A DNA stretch of 63,230 bases, the filler included, from Globobulimina sp. (taxonomy: Eukaryota): NCBI GenBank assembly GCA_003354225.1. It is 18 parts of 18 records of this genome, joined end to end, with 100 filler letters (N's around TTAATTAATTAA, not from the genome) between each part and the next. Parts side by side here need not be neighbours in the genome. Positions count along the whole stretch, not along the records: positions 59,815 to 63,230 come from PIVH01002855.1; 17 more parts are not named here. One strand, 5' to 3'. The notes under the pieces are model-generated. The model was not told the origin of the DNA and did not search any database. It saw nothing but the letters and a program-made list of their open reading frames with translations. Below, piece after piece: positions 60,200 through 63,230 of this stretch (within the stretch, counting starts at the first letter, position 1; every line of letters starts with the position of its first letter). Position numbers and translations under genes: made by a program.

Positions 60200-62460
60200 A
60201 TAGAAATTTTGAAAGCAGACGCATTAAAAAATAGCGCCATCGCAAATATTGCCCAAAACAGACGCAAACATAGCAATCCATCCTGGTTTTGAAAGCTTAG
60301 CAGCCCGGAGTCGAAATTACGTGGTAAATCCCAGATACTTCGATTTTAACAATATGTTTACGGGTATTTTTAACCTAAAAAATACGTGTCGGGCATGGTA
60401 CAATTCGATTTATGGCAATTTTGAACAAAAAAAGCAAGATAATTACGATGCGGATTGGAGTGATTGGAGGCCGTATTTGATTAACACAAAAGAGAGAAAG
60501 TACCATTGTACAACCTCTGGTAATGTTAAATTAGAGGCATTTTTAAATGAATTTGAGATGTCGCTGTACAATGAGTGCCTGCAGAGACAATTAAATATGA
60601 AATATGAATTAAATTTGACTGATTTGGAAGAAGAAGCGTATATGGATTCGATTGAAGAAAATCAAAAACATAGCGACCCAAATCGAAAAGTTATGGTTAA
60701 AGAAGATAAGGGCTCGTTATATATGGTGGCGACAGCGGACGTTTTAAATAAATTAGTTTTGAAAACGTTGCCGAAACACAAAGGATTTGGTATTACGGGT
60801 AATAGAATTCAATGAAAATAAAGAGATACAATGGCATATAAGGAACAATAAGCAATTTATTGTTTGGTCGTTTGACGTAGTTAAGTTGTACCCGTCCATT
60901 GATCACTAATACGGATTGAATGAACTACGGAGAAAATTGGATGTATACAAAGACATTTTGCCATTACATCCGCCAAAAGAATGCATTTTAGAGCTATTAA
61001 ACGAGGCATTACGGCGTGGCGTCGTTGTTTGGAATAACAATCATTTCATAAAAAAGAGATGGTATGGAATGGGGAGAAGCTGGGCGTGCAGCTACGCAGA
61101 TATTGCAATTTCAATATACGATGATTTATTAAGTGACTGGGCGTGGGTTGATCGACAATCTGCGTTGGAAATATTAATGGATGGCCGATTTAGAGATGAT
61201 TACTTTGGAGCGGGTTGCGGAGACATTTTTGATTTAAAATGTTTATTGTTTGGCATGAATGCAATCAATGAATCGATTCAATTTACATTAGACTATGAAT
61301 TCGCAGATCGAGATGCAGATAAAAACTGTAAATATTTAGAAATTTTAGACACAAAATTTATGGTTCACAGGAAACTAAAGGTTTTTGATTACATTCAATT
61401 TATGGGTTGGGAGATTGCGGTGGATGTACACTCAAAAGACACCGATACTCATTGCACGCTGCAAAACGATTCGTGTCATGCAAGGCACCAAAAAAGAGGT
61501 ACTATCTCATCGTCGGCACTCCGAATAAGAAGTATCTCCGACGAACAATTTATCGATGAACAATTCAAGAATTATAAGAGCTTTCTTATTGCGAGAGATC
61601 ACAATGTATGGACAGTAAACAATATTTTTAATAAATATAGGAAGTTAACAAAGAAACAAGCTTTAAATGTATGGAAACAGCCTTATTTTATTCGAGAGAG
61701 ACGAAAAAGAAAATATTTTGATAACATTTTGGAAAATAAAGAGGTTGAGGAGGATTCGAAGAGTGATGAGGAGGCAAAAAAGTTGGCAAAATTGATAAAA
61801 GATAAACAATTTTGGTTCGTCATCAAATTCCATAATAAGATGCCGAATATCTATGATTTATTAAAATTGGCATACAATAAATGGATAGAAAACGATCAAA
61901 AATTAGCTGCTATTTTCCCACTGAGCGATTTAAACGTAACCAAAGGGAGAGACGACTGTGTTTGTAGAAAATATCCGTATATTATGGTAAATACAAAAAA
62001 ACGGAAATCATTAATTACGGGACAATCAATTAAATGTAATCGGTCTTCATGCTTTACGCGGGATATAATCTATGTAATTTATTGCGGAAACTGCAAAAAA
62101 CCATATTTTGGCAAATGTGGAAGAGGAAAAAGTGGCAGCCGTCAATTTAAAACGAGGACAGGAGAGCATACGAGAGATATTTTAAAAGTATACAAAGTAT
62201 TAATAAATAATTAGAAATAATTTGGGTTTATTAGCCATAATATTGAGATCAATAAAGAAGGAATACACCGGTGAGGTATTGCACTTTTTAGGCATCGATG
62301 GGTCGAAATGCTACGAGAAGAATAAGGGAAATCCATTAAAATTAATGAAAACGTGCATTTTGAAGCAAATGAAAGGCGAAAATAGATTTGTTATCGAAGC
62401 AAAACTATGTAAAGAAGAAATTTTTTATCAAACACAATTCTGTGCCGTATTAGCGGAAAA
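60200..62460 (+). mobile_element. Decayed Penelope-like retroelement (RT plus GIY-YIG endonuclease)
   Basis: KEDKG, FDVVKLYPSI (~60870-60900), GMGRSWACSYADI, RFRDD, IQFT, ILDT, KDTDT..L...SCH..HQK; then IIYVIYCGNCKKPYFG...FKTRTGEH and HF...E motifs. Interrupted by a frameshift near 60780, TAA at 60907 and stops near 62212. Confidence 0.9.
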
Positions 62461-63230
62461 GATGCGAATAATACGGGAACGTTTTCGCCCGATTTCAGCA
62501 AGAAAGTGGATGAAGAACTTATTAATTTGGAGAGTGAACTAAGAGCGAAGGAACTGAAGAGAAAGAGAGACTTTTTAGACAAAGAGAGAAAGAAAGAGAT
62601 TGTCGATATTAATACGTTTAAATCGGAATTAAATTTCCATTCATTTTGCCATAAAAACAAACAAAAACGATAATAATAACAATAAAAATAGTTATTTATC
62701 AAATTTAACAGTTTCAACAATTGATGAGAATGAAGTGGCGAATGATATTGATTGGGAGACATTTTTTGATAGCAATATTAATCCGAACGCGGATTTTAAT
62801 GAAAATAATTCGGATTTATCGATTTTGGATTTGGAAGAAACGAAACTAACCTCAAATTAATACATCAAATAATCAGTCATTGGTTTTATTATCAAAACAA
62901 GTTTGTGAGAATCGAGGCAATATTCCCCCAAAACTTAGAAACCAAACATGGATTTTGGAGGAATGTATTGCGGAAAAGAATGCATTAAAAGACAAACTTA
63001 TGGAGAAATAGAAGAATTCATCGAATTTATGGTGTTTACCACCAAATGTATCGGATTTTAACCCGAATATTGAATTTGGAATCAAAAGAGGAGGATGCTT
63101 TTGATTGGTCATATTGGTCATATTTTATTTTGGTCATATTTGAAATTTTGATAATATTTGACTATTGATATGACCAAAATAAATCAGGTGAGGGTTTTGC
63201 GTGTAAAAAACACACTTTCCCCTAGGCTAA

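Overview
This window is not one locus. It is 18 unlinked contigs of 3416-3422 bp, sorted by length and joined by an artificial 100-nt spacer (N44-TTAATTAATTAA-N44), so adjacency across spacers means nothing. Most of the sequence is AT-rich, gene-dense nuclear DNA of a protist with short GT-AG introns (about 60-230 nt). The gene families (TRAF-like Zn finger/SPRY, Kelch, ART-like, PT-repeat surface proteins, copines) suggest a foraminiferan or other rhizarian; this is inference. Recognisable genes: two copines (one with a WW domain), IFRD, WWE-DCN1, RING-H2 and HECT E3 ligases, an ADAM-type protease, RCC1-TBC and Bub2-like GAPs, a HAD phosphatase, DNAJC11-like, RPAP2, mitochondrial uS5m, an NRF-6-type acyltransferase, BLTP1/Csf1, PRKRIP1, a calcium-regulated actin-bundling protein, and a two-MRH-domain receptor. 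Several contig ends carry bacterial fragments (beta-barrel protein, ISL3 transposase, asparagine synthase-like) fused to eukaryotic DNA, most likely amplification chimeras. There is also a divergent 5.8S rRNA-like sequence with a long structured extension and a decayed Penelope-like retroelement. I found no multi-gene novel system. The best leads are the WWE-DCN1 fusion, the ART-like protein, the expanded 5.8S-like RNA, two unexplained folded intergenic islands, a hairpin-bracketed small ORF, and very tightly spaced head-to-head gene pairs.
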